Source: Oscillospiraceae bacterium
GTDB taxonomy: Bacteria > Bacillota > Clostridia > Oscillospirales > Ruminococcaceae
Direction: 5' to 3'
Assembly (NCBI GenBank): GCA_017555565.1
Contig: JAFZGF010000061.1
Location: 14,431-78,430 of the forward strand
Length of the DNA stretch: 64,000 nucleotides
The translations under genes and the position numbers were made by a program. Of this stretch, positions 35,768 to 45,200 are shown piece after piece; within the stretch, counting starts at the first letter, position 1; each line of letters opens with the position of its first letter. The notes below the pieces were generated by a model. It was not told the DNA's origin and searched no databases. It saw nothing but the letters and a program-made list of their open reading frames with translations.

Positions 35768-36176
35768 GTGGATAAATTGGCTTGAAGGTCATACAGCTAA
35801 AATTTCCCCAGTAAAATAAAAGAAAATTGCGTACTTTGGCAAATGAAGGTGGACTTGAAGGTCATCCACCTAAAATTTTCCCAGTAAAATAAAGGAAAAT
35901 TGGAGCTTTAGAAAGGCGCGTACCGGAAACGTACCGATAATTTATTTCGATTTTATTATTTAAAATTTCTATTAAAGCTACATATCATCATATAAAAACG
36001 GCTTGAATTCCAAATCCGTAAAGCAGAAGTCCAAAATTCTCAGTAAAATAAAGGAATTTTGGACTTTGCCTTTTTTAGAAATCAATAGTGTACTTAAATC
36101 GTACGCAATAAAATCGTACGTGGGTTTGAGCTTCGGATTTTTTTACTTTATTAGTAAAATAAGGGGATTTCGAGAT
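35768..36176. repeat. Cluster of 3-4 tandem degenerate copies (C1-C4) of the dispersed repeat family
   Basis: C1 35768-35836, C2 35837-35940, C3 36001-36120, and possibly C4 36140-36176. Each has the conserved loop (t)cagtaaaataaa(g). In C3 the stem is lengthened and differs in sequence: agtccaaaattc (36028-39) / gaattttggact (36054-65). The paired CGTAC boxes also recur (cgtaccggaaacgtaccg; tcgtacgcaataaaatcgtacg). Confidence 0.6.
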
Positions 36177-36462
36177 GATGTTTTATATACTTGCCCCTTC
36201 GTCTAGAGGGGAGTTCTCGAGAAATGTGATACAAATGTACATTTTATATACGTATATAAATCAATTTAAAAGTGTATAATTGTAGTACATTTTTAATCTT
36301 CTTGTGGGTTTTCAAATAAGCTGGATAATATATATACTAAATTGTTAACATTGGTTAAATCAATATATACGCTAATTAACAATTACAGTGTCAATGAAAG
36401 TTACAGATTTAATTTTGTACTCTTATATAATAAAGCCAAACATCAAAAAGGAGTACAAAACT

Positions 36463-36825
36463 ATGACAACTACTACATATTTCGCAACACAGCATAGCAT
36501 CGACAGAGCAATGGAAAGAATCAACCTCAATGAACGAGAAGCGATGAGGAAAATAGATATAGCATTGCAGCGTGGCAAATGCGCAGAAAATTACACATCT
36601 TCCAGAGAACGTAAATACCTTGAAAATCAAAGTCATAACGCCATAGCAGTAGCATTTGATAACTTCTGTTATCTTTTCAGTTACCAGGGAGAATGCATCA
36701 CAGTATATGCCCTTCCAGATTGGTGGGAAAGAAAGAAAATGTACAACGGCAAAGAAAAAATCCGCAGGCCTAAAAAATACTTTAGTTTCTATAATGAAGA
36801 AATGGAGGCACGCATTTATGCTTGA
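36463..36825 (+). CDS. Hypothetical small protein (120 aa)
   Basis: An aaggag RBS lies 8 nt before the ATG at 36463. I prefer this start over the listed upstream start at 36388, which lacks an RBS. No recognisable domain. Confidence 0.5.
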   Translation: MTTTTYFATQHSIDRAMERINLNEREAMRKIDIALQRGKCAENYTSSRERKYLENQSHNAIAVAFDNFCYLFSYQGECITVYALPDWWERKKMYNGKEKIRRPKKYFSFYNEEMEARIYA

Positions 36826-36964
36826 CTTCTTGGCTTTGATTATTTTAGGGGTTTTTATCCTTCCTTTTAAAGGCATAAGTATGATAATGGATGGAAACTA
36901 TAGTGCCGGTATACCAACTATGTTGTTTGGTTTCGCCCTATGGACAGTATTTTTCAACTGGTGA
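36818..36964 (+). CDS. Hypothetical 48-aa two-TM peptide
   Basis: An internal Met of the listed ORF 36656..36964 overlaps the stop of the preceding gene by 8 nt. The product MLDFLALIILGVFILPFKG...TMLFGFALWTVFFNW has two hydrophobic helices. Confidence 0.35.
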   Translation: MLDFLALIILGVFILPFKGISMIMDGNYSAGIPTMLFGFALWTVFFNW

Positions 36965-37057
36965 GAAATAGCAGGCAGATATCTTTTATCTGCCTGTATT
37001 TATTTATAAAACAATATCTGCTATAATTTTAATATATTTATCCTTTCTGGAGGACAT

Positions 37058-38182
37058 ATGAAAAGCTACACATCACAACAAGAAGATAAAATCTGGGGCC
37101 TGCCAATATACCCAGATATGTATGAAACTGATTATGAAACCATATCTTCGTTCATAAATACAACCTTTCGTTCTTTCGGTGAAAGTTTGGCTGCAGTTAT
37201 AAACAAAAAAGCCGGTAAAGTGATTGATGAACCTAAAAAGTACATAGAAGAAACATGTAAAGCTGCAAATATTGATATAAGTGAAATTGCTTCCAGAAAT
37301 ACATTCAAAAACTGGTTTTCAGCCGGAATGCGTCCTAAAAAAAGTGAATCATCCAGAAAATCTATGTTTGTACTCGCATTTGCTTTAGGTTTATCAGTAG
37401 AAGAAACTGAAGAATTATTCAGCAAAGCTTATTTAGACAGGGCATTCAATCACAGAGACTATAAGGAACTGATTTACTATTACTGTATAAACAGAGGTAT
37501 GCCATATTCTCATGCAAAACGCCTTATAGAAATGGTTAATATCGATGATTCCAACCCAACAGATGCCACAGTGTATACTATAATGATTAAATCTGATGTA
37601 GATACTATATCTGAAGACGGCGAATTACTGAAATACATTGAAAATCACAGGCACAATCTTTCTTTAAATAATAAACGGGCTTTAGAATTACTAGAAACTT
37701 ATAAAGAAAAATCATATCCTTTTGTTGAATCAAAAGATGGTATGCATGATAAATCTGCAAAATCCTTATTTGAAGCAATAACAGGACAAGAAGTAAAAGG
37801 TAAAAAAGGAACTACAACTCTTAAATTTAAAGATCGTTCCCTTCCCGATGAAATAAGAATCAATTTCCCTCAGGTGCATAACCTAACAGATAAGGAGCAG
37901 TCTTATGAGGAATTGAGAAAGACTCTTATCCTTGTATTTTCCTATTGGTTCTGGAGTAATCTTGCTGCTAACAATTATGAGTATATAGACAAAGACAACA
38001 AGCTTGCAGATGCTTTCGATGGCTATAAGGATGAATTAAATATGGTTCTTCTCGAAGCTAACATGCCGCTTTTATATTTAGGTAACCCATATGACTGGAT
38101 GTTCGCTTACTGCACCTATACAGAAGATCCGCTATACACATTTCAAGGTATAATGGACGTTGTATTTGGTTCTGAAGAGTAG
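37058..38182 (+). CDS. Hypothetical protein with possible N-terminal HTH-like segment
   Basis: ggagga RBS. The segment ISEIASRNTFKNWFSAGMRPKKSESSRKSMFVLAFALGLSVEETEELF resembles an XRE-like HTH. The rest is uncharacterised. It lies directly upstream of the kinase-STAND gene. Confidence 0.55.
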   Translation: MKSYTSQQEDKIWGLPIYPDMYETDYETISSFINTTFRSFGESLAAVINKKAGKVIDEPKKYIEETCKAANIDISEIASRNTFKNWFSAGMRPKKSESSRKSMFVLAFALGLSVEETEELFSKAYLDRAFNHRDYKELIYYYCINRGMPYSHAKRLIEMVNIDDSNPTDATVYTIMIKSDVDTISEDGELLKYIENHRHNLSLNNKRALELLETYKEKSYPFVESKDGMHDKSAKSLFEAITGQEVKGKKGTTTLKFKDRSLPDEIRINFPQVHNLTDKEQSYEELRKTLILVFSYWFWSNLAANNYEYIDKDNKLADAFDGYKDELNMVLLEANMPLLYLGNPYDWMFAYCTYTEDPLYTFQGIMDVVFGSEE

Positions 38183-38257
38183 ATGTCAATCAAAGTTACA
38201 TATAACACATCCATACACATTAGAATAAAATCACAATAAAAACAAGTGAGGAAACTA

Positions 38258-41200
38258 ATGAGAAAAAAATTAGAAATCGGCCAGCAGATAACCCTTATCT
38301 GTGACGGCACTGAAAAACAATTTACAATCAAAAAGCTTATTGGTGACGGTGCAACCTGCATTGCATATGAAGCCAGCCGTATAAACTCAAATGGCATGAC
38401 CGAACATTATCGCATCAAGGAATGCTATCCATACGATGCTGATATTTCAAGAAATGAACTTGAATTGATATGGGTAGATGAAGCTGAAAAGAAGAAATAC
38501 TTTGAAAGATTCAAATCTTCATACCAGATAACCAACCAGCTCAAATATGAAGAAACCATAGGCAACAACATAACTAACGCTATGCTTTGCGAAGGCAATG
38601 GCACAGTGTATTCGGTTATGGAAATTAACCATGCAAATGTATACAGTAATATAAAAGAAACAAGCCTTGAAAAAATATTGGATACAATACTCGTTCTTAC
38701 AAAAGTTGTTGGCAACCTTCATAAAAATGGATATTTACATCTTGATATAAAGCCAGATAATTTTCTTGTAAGTTATGAACCGAATACAAATATATGGTTA
38801 TTTGACGTAGATTCTTTAACATCTATTGCCGAACTGAAAGCTGGAAGTATTAAAAGCACACCATATTCTTTCAGCTATGCAGCTCCGGAGCAGAAATTCA
38901 ATGAGATATCAAAAATAAACTTTTCAACAGACATCTTCGCTATTGGTGCTGTTTTGTTTGAAAGAATTATGCATACTTGTATTTCTGTTGATGATATGAG
39001 TGTGTTTGCTGATTGGAACCTGGATAACAACAGTTTGTTTGACGATATCAATCCAAAAATAAAACGTTTAATTAAAAATATCTTCAGAAAAACTTTGGCA
39101 GTATCCCCTAAAAGAAGATATAAGACTACCGATGAACTTGTTGCTGCTATTGAATTGGCATTGAAAACTGTACAAGAAAAACTGTTCATTGTTTCCAATA
39201 TACCTGCCAATGCTGCACATTTTATAGGTCGTGAAACAGAACTTGCCGCCATTCACAATGAGTTTAAGTCAGGTCAGAAAGCTGTTTTCATCCATGGTTT
39301 TGGTGGTATGGGTAAAAGCTCATTGGCTGTTGCCTATGCCAACAAACATAAAGATGATTATGATACGGCAATCTTTTTGAAATATAAAGATTCCATTAAA
39401 GAACTTATAACTGAAATCAACATCCAGAACTATGAAGGTTTAGAATTCGATAAAAATAAGGTTCTGCATAAGTTGCTGGATAAAAACACCTTACTCATTA
39501 TTGATAATTTTGATGTTGAGATTGACCAGGATGAGTATCTTGATGAATTATTACAGTTAAATACAAATATTCTTTTCACCTCTCGTACTGATTTTTCTTC
39601 TGTTTATGGAGAAGATGTCACACAGATTGATATTTCAAAACTGGCAGACAATGAATTAATTAAACTGTTTAGAAATATTTCTTGTGATAATTCCTCAAGT
39701 GACAAAGATATCGTAGAGCTATTAAGCTTGGTAGAAGGACATACATATGCCGTTGAACTCCTCGCTCTGCAAATGGCTGCATCTGGTTGCTCTTTGAAAG
39801 AGTTATATAGTAAAATTGCTAATGGACTTGACGAACTTTATGGTTTTGAGAAAGTCAGAACCAGAAAAGATGGACGTATAGTTAAGAGGACAATCCCTGA
39901 AATCATTCGTGCGCTTTTTAATGTAGCCAAGCTTAATGAAGAGAGAAAGCAAGTTTTAAGAAATTTATATCTACTTAAATTTTTGTATGTGGATAAAGAT
40001 ACCTACCGCAAATATACAAAAGCAACTACAACTGAAATAAATGCATTGAATGACTTAACTGAATTAGGATGGGTAAGAACAACTAATAATCATTGGTACT
40101 CTTTACACCCTCTTGTTGAAGAACTTGTAAGCAATGATTTACACCCATCTATGGAAAACTGTGAATCTATTTATAACTATATCCAGCATGAAATAAGGAT
40201 GTGTGAATGTTTTGATATTTATTCAGAGTTAGATGAACACTCATATAACAATTCTATTTCGTTCCTTTGCACATTTTTCAACAATATCGACCTGCATGAG
40301 AAAAACAATAGAAATATACTCATAAATTGGTTGTTACAGACAATTAGAGATTATGATGATGAAAATAGTGAACTGTGTATTGGACGTAGCGAAGATAGTG
40401 TTTATACTCCTTTATACAGAAAAATTGAATTGCTTACTCAAACTATTGATTTAGAACCGATAGAGAAATTCAATATCTACTACATTCTGCTGTATTCTTG
40501 GCTGTTGGAATTTCAAATTACATATTTAGATATTGAACAGCAAAATCATCTTAACGAACTTCGTGAAAACAAACTTAAAAAGTATTTTAACCTTTCTATT
40601 TCTGTAATACAGCAATGTGATAATTCTATTACCGAGGAACTTTTAGATAAAGTTTATAGCAGCATTCTCTTTATCGCCGGCAGTATGATAATGCCATCTT
40701 TTCCAAAAGAATTCATAGTTAATCTTTATTTAGAAAGACCTCATACATGGCAACTGGGTTTAATAGCTAAAAACAGACTAGGCTTACCATTATCTGTTGA
40801 AGAACAAAAAGAAATAGATGACGTTAATGCAAATCTCCCTGATGTTTTTAAAGAAGGGTATACGGATGAAGACATTGAAGCTGAAAAAGAATTTAAATCA
40901 GCATTTTTAATGTCCAAAGATAAAGTGCAGTTTGTAAGAGAACTATCAGAGGACAGCGAATGTGCTCCTGTTACAAGAGCAAGTTTAATTGGCGATTGTA
41001 AAGAAGCTTTCTTTGGTGATTTTCAATTCTATCGTTGGTTTCTTAGTTTTTCCGATGAAGACTGGAAAACGATTCAAGATATTTTAAATATCGAAGAGTC
41101 ATTATTATTCTCTGATACTTATGAACAATCAGAATTCTACAATATTCATGATCATAATGACTTGATTTCTCAAAACAGCGTAGAACAATGCGTTGTAAGC

Positions 41201-41623
41201 GTAATGAGACAGCAATATGACATTTTTGAGAACATTATTAATAATATTTTAATATACATAAAGATTGAACTTACTGATTATGTGAATGCTGATTGGCATT
41301 GGTCTAGGATAATAGACCTCAATAATTGGCAAAGAATACATTATCGCCTTATTCGAAGCTTTATAAATATTAATAAAGCCAGTTTTATTCTCCCTTATAT
41401 TTTAAAGATTAATTCTGGCTTTTACGAATATGCCAAACTACAATCTGATTTTGATGAAAAACTGTTCTTTAATAACTACAAACTCATTTCTGAGCTTGCA
41501 CAAAGTGCGTATTTCGAGAAAAATGTGCCAGAAAAATATAAATTGGAATATATGGATATTGAGGTCGAATATGAGTGCAAGATGGATGAATTGTCCGAAA
41601 AAAATTTCATATTAAAAGTTTAA
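38258..41623 (+). CDS. Ser/Thr protein kinase domain fused to a STAND (NB-ARC/AAA16-like) NTPase and a ~650-aa helical C-terminal region
   Basis: Kinase motifs: GDGATCIAYEA (G-loop), HYRIKEC (catalytic Lys), YLHLDIKPDNFLV (HxDxKPxN catalytic loop), LFDVDS (DFG-like), YAAPEQ (APE). NTPase motifs: FIGRETELAAI..., Walker A FIHGFGGMGKSSLA, Walker B LLIIDNFD. The start is set at ATG 38258 (gagga RBS 6 nt upstream) rather than the listed GTG 38246. Confidence 0.8.
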   Translation: MRKKLEIGQQITLICDGTEKQFTIKKLIGDGATCIAYEASRINSNGMTEHYRIKECYPYDADISRNELELIWVDEAEKKKYFERFKSSYQITNQLKYEETIGNNITNAMLCEGNGTVYSVMEINHANVYSNIKETSLEKILDTILVLTKVVGNLHKNGYLHLDIKPDNFLVSYEPNTNIWLFDVDSLTSIAELKAGSIKSTPYSFSYAAPEQKFNEISKINFSTDIFAIGAVLFERIMHTCISVDDMSVFADWNLDNNSLFDDINPKIKRLIKNIFRKTLAVSPKRRYKTTDELVAAIELALKTVQEKLFIVSNIPANAAHFIGRETELAAIHNEFKSGQKAVFIHGFGGMGKSSLAVAYANKHKDDYDTAIFLKYKDSIKELITEINIQNYEGLEFDKNKVLHKLLDKNTLLIIDNFDVEIDQDEYLDELLQLNTNILFTSRTDFSSVYGEDVTQIDISKLADNELIKLFRNISCDNSSSDKDIVELLSLVEGHTYAVELLALQMAASGCSLKELYSKIANGLDELYGFEKVRTRKDGRIVKRTIPEIIRALFNVAKLNEERKQVLRNLYLLKFLYVDKDTYRKYTKATTTEINALNDLTELGWVRTTNNHWYSLHPLVEELVSNDLHPSMENCESIYNYIQHEIRMCECFDIYSELDEHSYNNSISFLCTFFNNIDLHEKNNRNILINWLLQTIRDYDDENSELCIGRSEDSVYTPLYRKIELLTQTIDLEPIEKFNIYYILLYSWLLEFQITYLDIEQQNHLNELRENKLKKYFNLSISVIQQCDNSITEELLDKVYSSILFIAGSMIMPSFPKEFIVNLYLERPHTWQLGLIAKNRLGLPLSVEEQKEIDDVNANLPDVFKEGYTDEDIEAEKEFKSAFLMSKDKVQFVRELSEDSECAPVTRASLIGDCKEAFFGDFQFYRWFLSFSDEDWKTIQDILNIEESLLFSDTYEQSEFYNIHDHNDLISQNSVEQCVVSVMRQQYDIFENIINNILIYIKIELTDYVNADWHWSRIIDLNNWQRIHYRLIRSFININKASFILPYILKINSGFYEYAKLQSDFDEKLFFNNYKLISELAQSAYFEKNVPEKYKLEYMDIEVEYECKMDELSEKNFILKV

Positions 41624-41628
41624 CTTAT

Positions 41629-41653
41629 GAGCCACTTTATCGTGGCTCTTTTT
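41629..41653 (+). terminator. Terminator after the kinase-STAND gene
   Basis: gagccac-tttatc-gtggctc followed by ttttt. Confidence 0.75.
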
Positions 41654-41763
41654 CGTTGTCAACGAAAGCTACATTTTCAATTACCCTACTATCTATAATA
41701 AACTCAAGTTCCATACTTGCTATAAACTTATGAACCAGACACAAATCAACGGAGAATTATTAT

Positions 41764-42081
41764 ATGATAAGAAAACTATTTAAATTCTTAGGAAACGCCC
41801 TAATATCTCTTTACACAACATTTTACGACATTATAGACTCCATCTTTACTGGGTTTGAACCAGATAACACAAGTGATATCCACTTACGTTCAGACATTTT
41901 TTCTTCAAATATCGTTGGAAATGAAATTTTTAAGGTATTAAAACCTATGTTAGCAGTGACCTTAACAGGAATATATCTGGCTATAATGATAAAGCTATGT
42001 GGTGTAATAATTTCTGGAATGTACACCCGTGGATATTTTTCAATGCTTCGGGAATTTATTATGGAATTCTTCAAAAGATAA
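41764..42081 (+). CDS. Hypothetical small membrane protein (105 aa)
   Basis: ggaga RBS. One clear TM helix (MLAVTLTGIYLAIMIKLCGVIISGM). No recognisable domain. Confidence 0.4.
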   Translation: MIRKLFKFLGNALISLYTTFYDIIDSIFTGFEPDNTSDIHLRSDIFSSNIVGNEIFKVLKPMLAVTLTGIYLAIMIKLCGVIISGMYTRGYFSMLREFIMEFFKR

Positions 42082-42181
42082 AACTATTTCTTTTAGTTGA
42101 TGTACCAAGTCTTAACTAGCAACTATTTTCAAATCCTATTTATCAATATACATACTGATGCTTATAACAAAACAAACCCAT

Positions 42182-42228
42182 TTTAATACCGACAGAAATG
42201 GAACCCCGGCCGAAATTGCGGTCGGGGG
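42182..42228. repeat. Left copy of a ~47-bp direct repeat bracketing the 1206-aa gene
   Basis: tttaataccgacaga-aatggaa-ccccggccgaaattgcggtcgggg. The matching copy is at 46254-46300. The 3' part is a terminator-type hairpin. Confidence 0.6.
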
Positions 42229-42254
42229 TTAAATAAGCGAATTAGTAAGGTTAC

Positions 42255-45200
42255 TTATAGATTATAAATACTTTTTTCAGAAATGTCGGAAAATAAAATC
42301 GTTTTCTGATTTTTATGATAATATTCATTACTTATTACGGGTTCGCTTAGAATAAGGATGTCGTCAACTTTCCAATTCTTTTTTGATAACTTGTAATGTT
42401 CTATAACATCATTTAGATGAGACTTTATCCAATCAACTCTGCGTTTGTGCTTGGATATGTAACATAATTTATTACCATTGTCACAAAAAACATTTAAATA
42501 TTGTTGATGCATTTCATAAGGAGACTTGGAGAAAGAAAAATCTTTGACCTCTCCTACGATTATTTTTCTTCTTCTAGTATCGATTATTAAAACATCAATA
42601 TCCCCTAATGTGTTCCTGTTTGCATCGGCAATCATCTTACCATTAATTTTTTTAACTTTTTCAGTAACGATAAGTCCCTTTATTGTATTGAGTTTTTCGG
42701 CGACAGCTGAATTAAACAGATTTCCACGACTGTTTGATAGTTTACTAATTACCTGCTTAAGCGCTGCACTTTCAGCTTTTAGTTTTCCGTCTTTGATTAA
42801 ATCATATGTAAACATCAAACAATGAAATAATTGCCTATTGCCCCAAACGATGTCTTCGTCAACCATAATAAGTGGCCTTCTAGTGAATGATAATCGCCTG
42901 TTAAATCTCCAAGGCCAAATATCGGTGTTTTTGTATCCTTTTGGAGCAGGTAAATATTCTGGTCGTTCCTTTAACGATAAGTCGTTAATTATTTTGCTGA
43001 TTTTAGATCTTTCAATTCCTGTTTTTTCAAAAATGGTTTCTAGTAACTTTGTAATATTTATTCTGCATATTTCGGATTTAATATCTTCACCGATAACGAG
43101 TAAAGAAGTCACTACTTTTGAAAAATCACCATATGAATATCCATATTCTGCAATGAAAGCGCTATTGAGATCGTCAAAATCAATATTATCATTGCCGAAA
43201 TGATACTTACTAATATGTGGATTGGAGTACTGGGTTAGTCTTTTTATCGCTGCGGAATAAGTGGACTCTGTTAGTTCGATCGGTTGTGTATTATTTATTC
43301 CTACTCGACCGGATTTTAAGATGTTCATTTCACTATCAATAATATTATAGTTAAATAAATCTCCTATCTGTGCCCAGTGAATTATTGCAGAACAAATAGT
43401 TAATATATTTTCATATTCTAATTCACCTAATAATACATTCCCTTTAGGAGGTTGAGCTGATACATACTCCATGAAGAATTTTAATGCAATAGATGATTTA
43501 TTTAATTGATTGTAAGTCGAATTTAATTTGTCAGTTTTTTCGGGATAACATGCAATATTAAAAGCATGTCTTCTTTGCGTAAGCATCATTGAGTACATAA
43601 CCTTCTCTAAATCAAGATATATTTGTTCTATTAAATTTTGTGGATTTAGAGATGCAACTAAAGTTTTTAATTTTTTGTACAAATAATCAACGATAGTTGA
43701 GCATATGGAATATTTTTCATTTTTCTTAATTTCCCCGAAAGGAACCCCTTTTTCTTTAATTAAGAAGTATCCTATTTCATCAGATAGTAGCTGTTCATAT
43801 TCAATAGACACTTTTCTAAAATCTAAATCAATTGGTTTTAGATATGGGTACTCTTGAGCGTTTAGAAAAAAAGCTTTCTTTTTCAGAGGGTTTTCAAAAA
43901 GCTTATCCACTTTATGCATGGATAACGCCTTTGTAGAGAAACATGATATGGATTCTAAAAGGAGAGTAGTTATTGCTTTTTCTTGAGAATTATTTTCGTT
44001 GCTAAATTTGAAATAAGCTTCTGGAGTCCATATAAAAGTTATAATATTGTCTAGAATTTGGATTTTTAATAAATCCTCTAAGGCACTTTCACTATAAGAT
44101 TCTGAAGAAAAATACTGCGTTAAATTACCAGTTAGTTTATGTTCAATTACTATTGAATTATTGTGAAAACTATTTCCTGTAATTATATTTTTGCATTCGG
44201 CAATCCAGTACGAACACATATCAGTAACAGTATGATAGATATCTGATGCTATTGTTGTAGACGTAGAGTCGATTAATTGCCATATGTCTATATTTGAAAA
44301 CTTGTTTAATATATATATGGTTTCTTTATTATGACTCATGTATATATTTCTAGCAGAGTCCAACCGTATCATTTCTAATAAGTATGGAGCATTTGGACAA
44401 TCAGCTAAAAATTTATTTTCACTAATTATTGCTTTGTTAAAGTAATCAATAGCATTGTCAAAACCTAAATAAAATATATCTTTCCTATAATCGAAATTAT
44501 CGTCTAAGTAAAAAGAATATCTATCACAGTAAACTGAAATGTTATAAATATCGCCATAAAGTGTAAAAGGTTCAAGCATATTATACTTGCAATCCATATA
44601 TCGTGGTATAAAGTTTCTATGGGAATGTTCATTTACAGCAATGCAATAGAGGTCAAAGGGAGATAATAATAACTGCCTAAAACTCTGTTTGATTATTGTC
44701 TTATATTGAGTGACTCTACTAAACGAACAGGAAATACAAATTTGATATATTCTATCTTGTGGATAACCTTTTAACTTTTCTTGTATGTAGGCCCACCTTT
44801 TTCCGATTTGAAAATTATTGATTTTTATCAATTCGTGCATATTTTCAAAATTATATTTATTTCCTGAATCACAGAAAAATTGTACAAACAATAAACCATT
44901 ATTCACGACATTTAACAAAACCTCTTTATATGAATCTGTACTTATCAAATCTATTTCTAGTGGTTCTACGACTATTTTTTTGTGGTCTAACTTTTTGAAC
45001 GATTCAAGGCATTGTTGAAAAATATATTCGTTATATGCTTTTATTACATCATCAAAGCAACCATACTCAGCAGCTTTTTTTAAAATATAGTTTATTAAAA
45101 ATGAGCCTAATTCTGAAGGATTTAAAACGAATAAAGTGCTTTCGCTTATTCTTAGAAAAGGTTTGTAATAAAAACGGAAATTTTCTGGATTATTAGTATG

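Noticed and set aside
22919-36176. Interpreting the dispersed hairpin repeats as integron attC sites (CALIN-like cassette array)
   Set aside because: No integron integrase is present. The GTTRRRY core is not matched (the nearest is GTTAAAA). The cassettes are in mixed orientation and carry their own promoters. This is kept only as a loose analogy in the repeat finding.
36003-36206. 67-aa ORF in the tandem repeat cluster
   Set aside because: It lies entirely within repeat copies C3/C4, uses a non-ATG start, and has no RBS.
36388-36462. Upstream extension of the 120-aa gene (listed start 36388)
   Set aside because: There is no RBS at 36388, whereas ATG 36463 is preceded by aaggag at ideal spacing.
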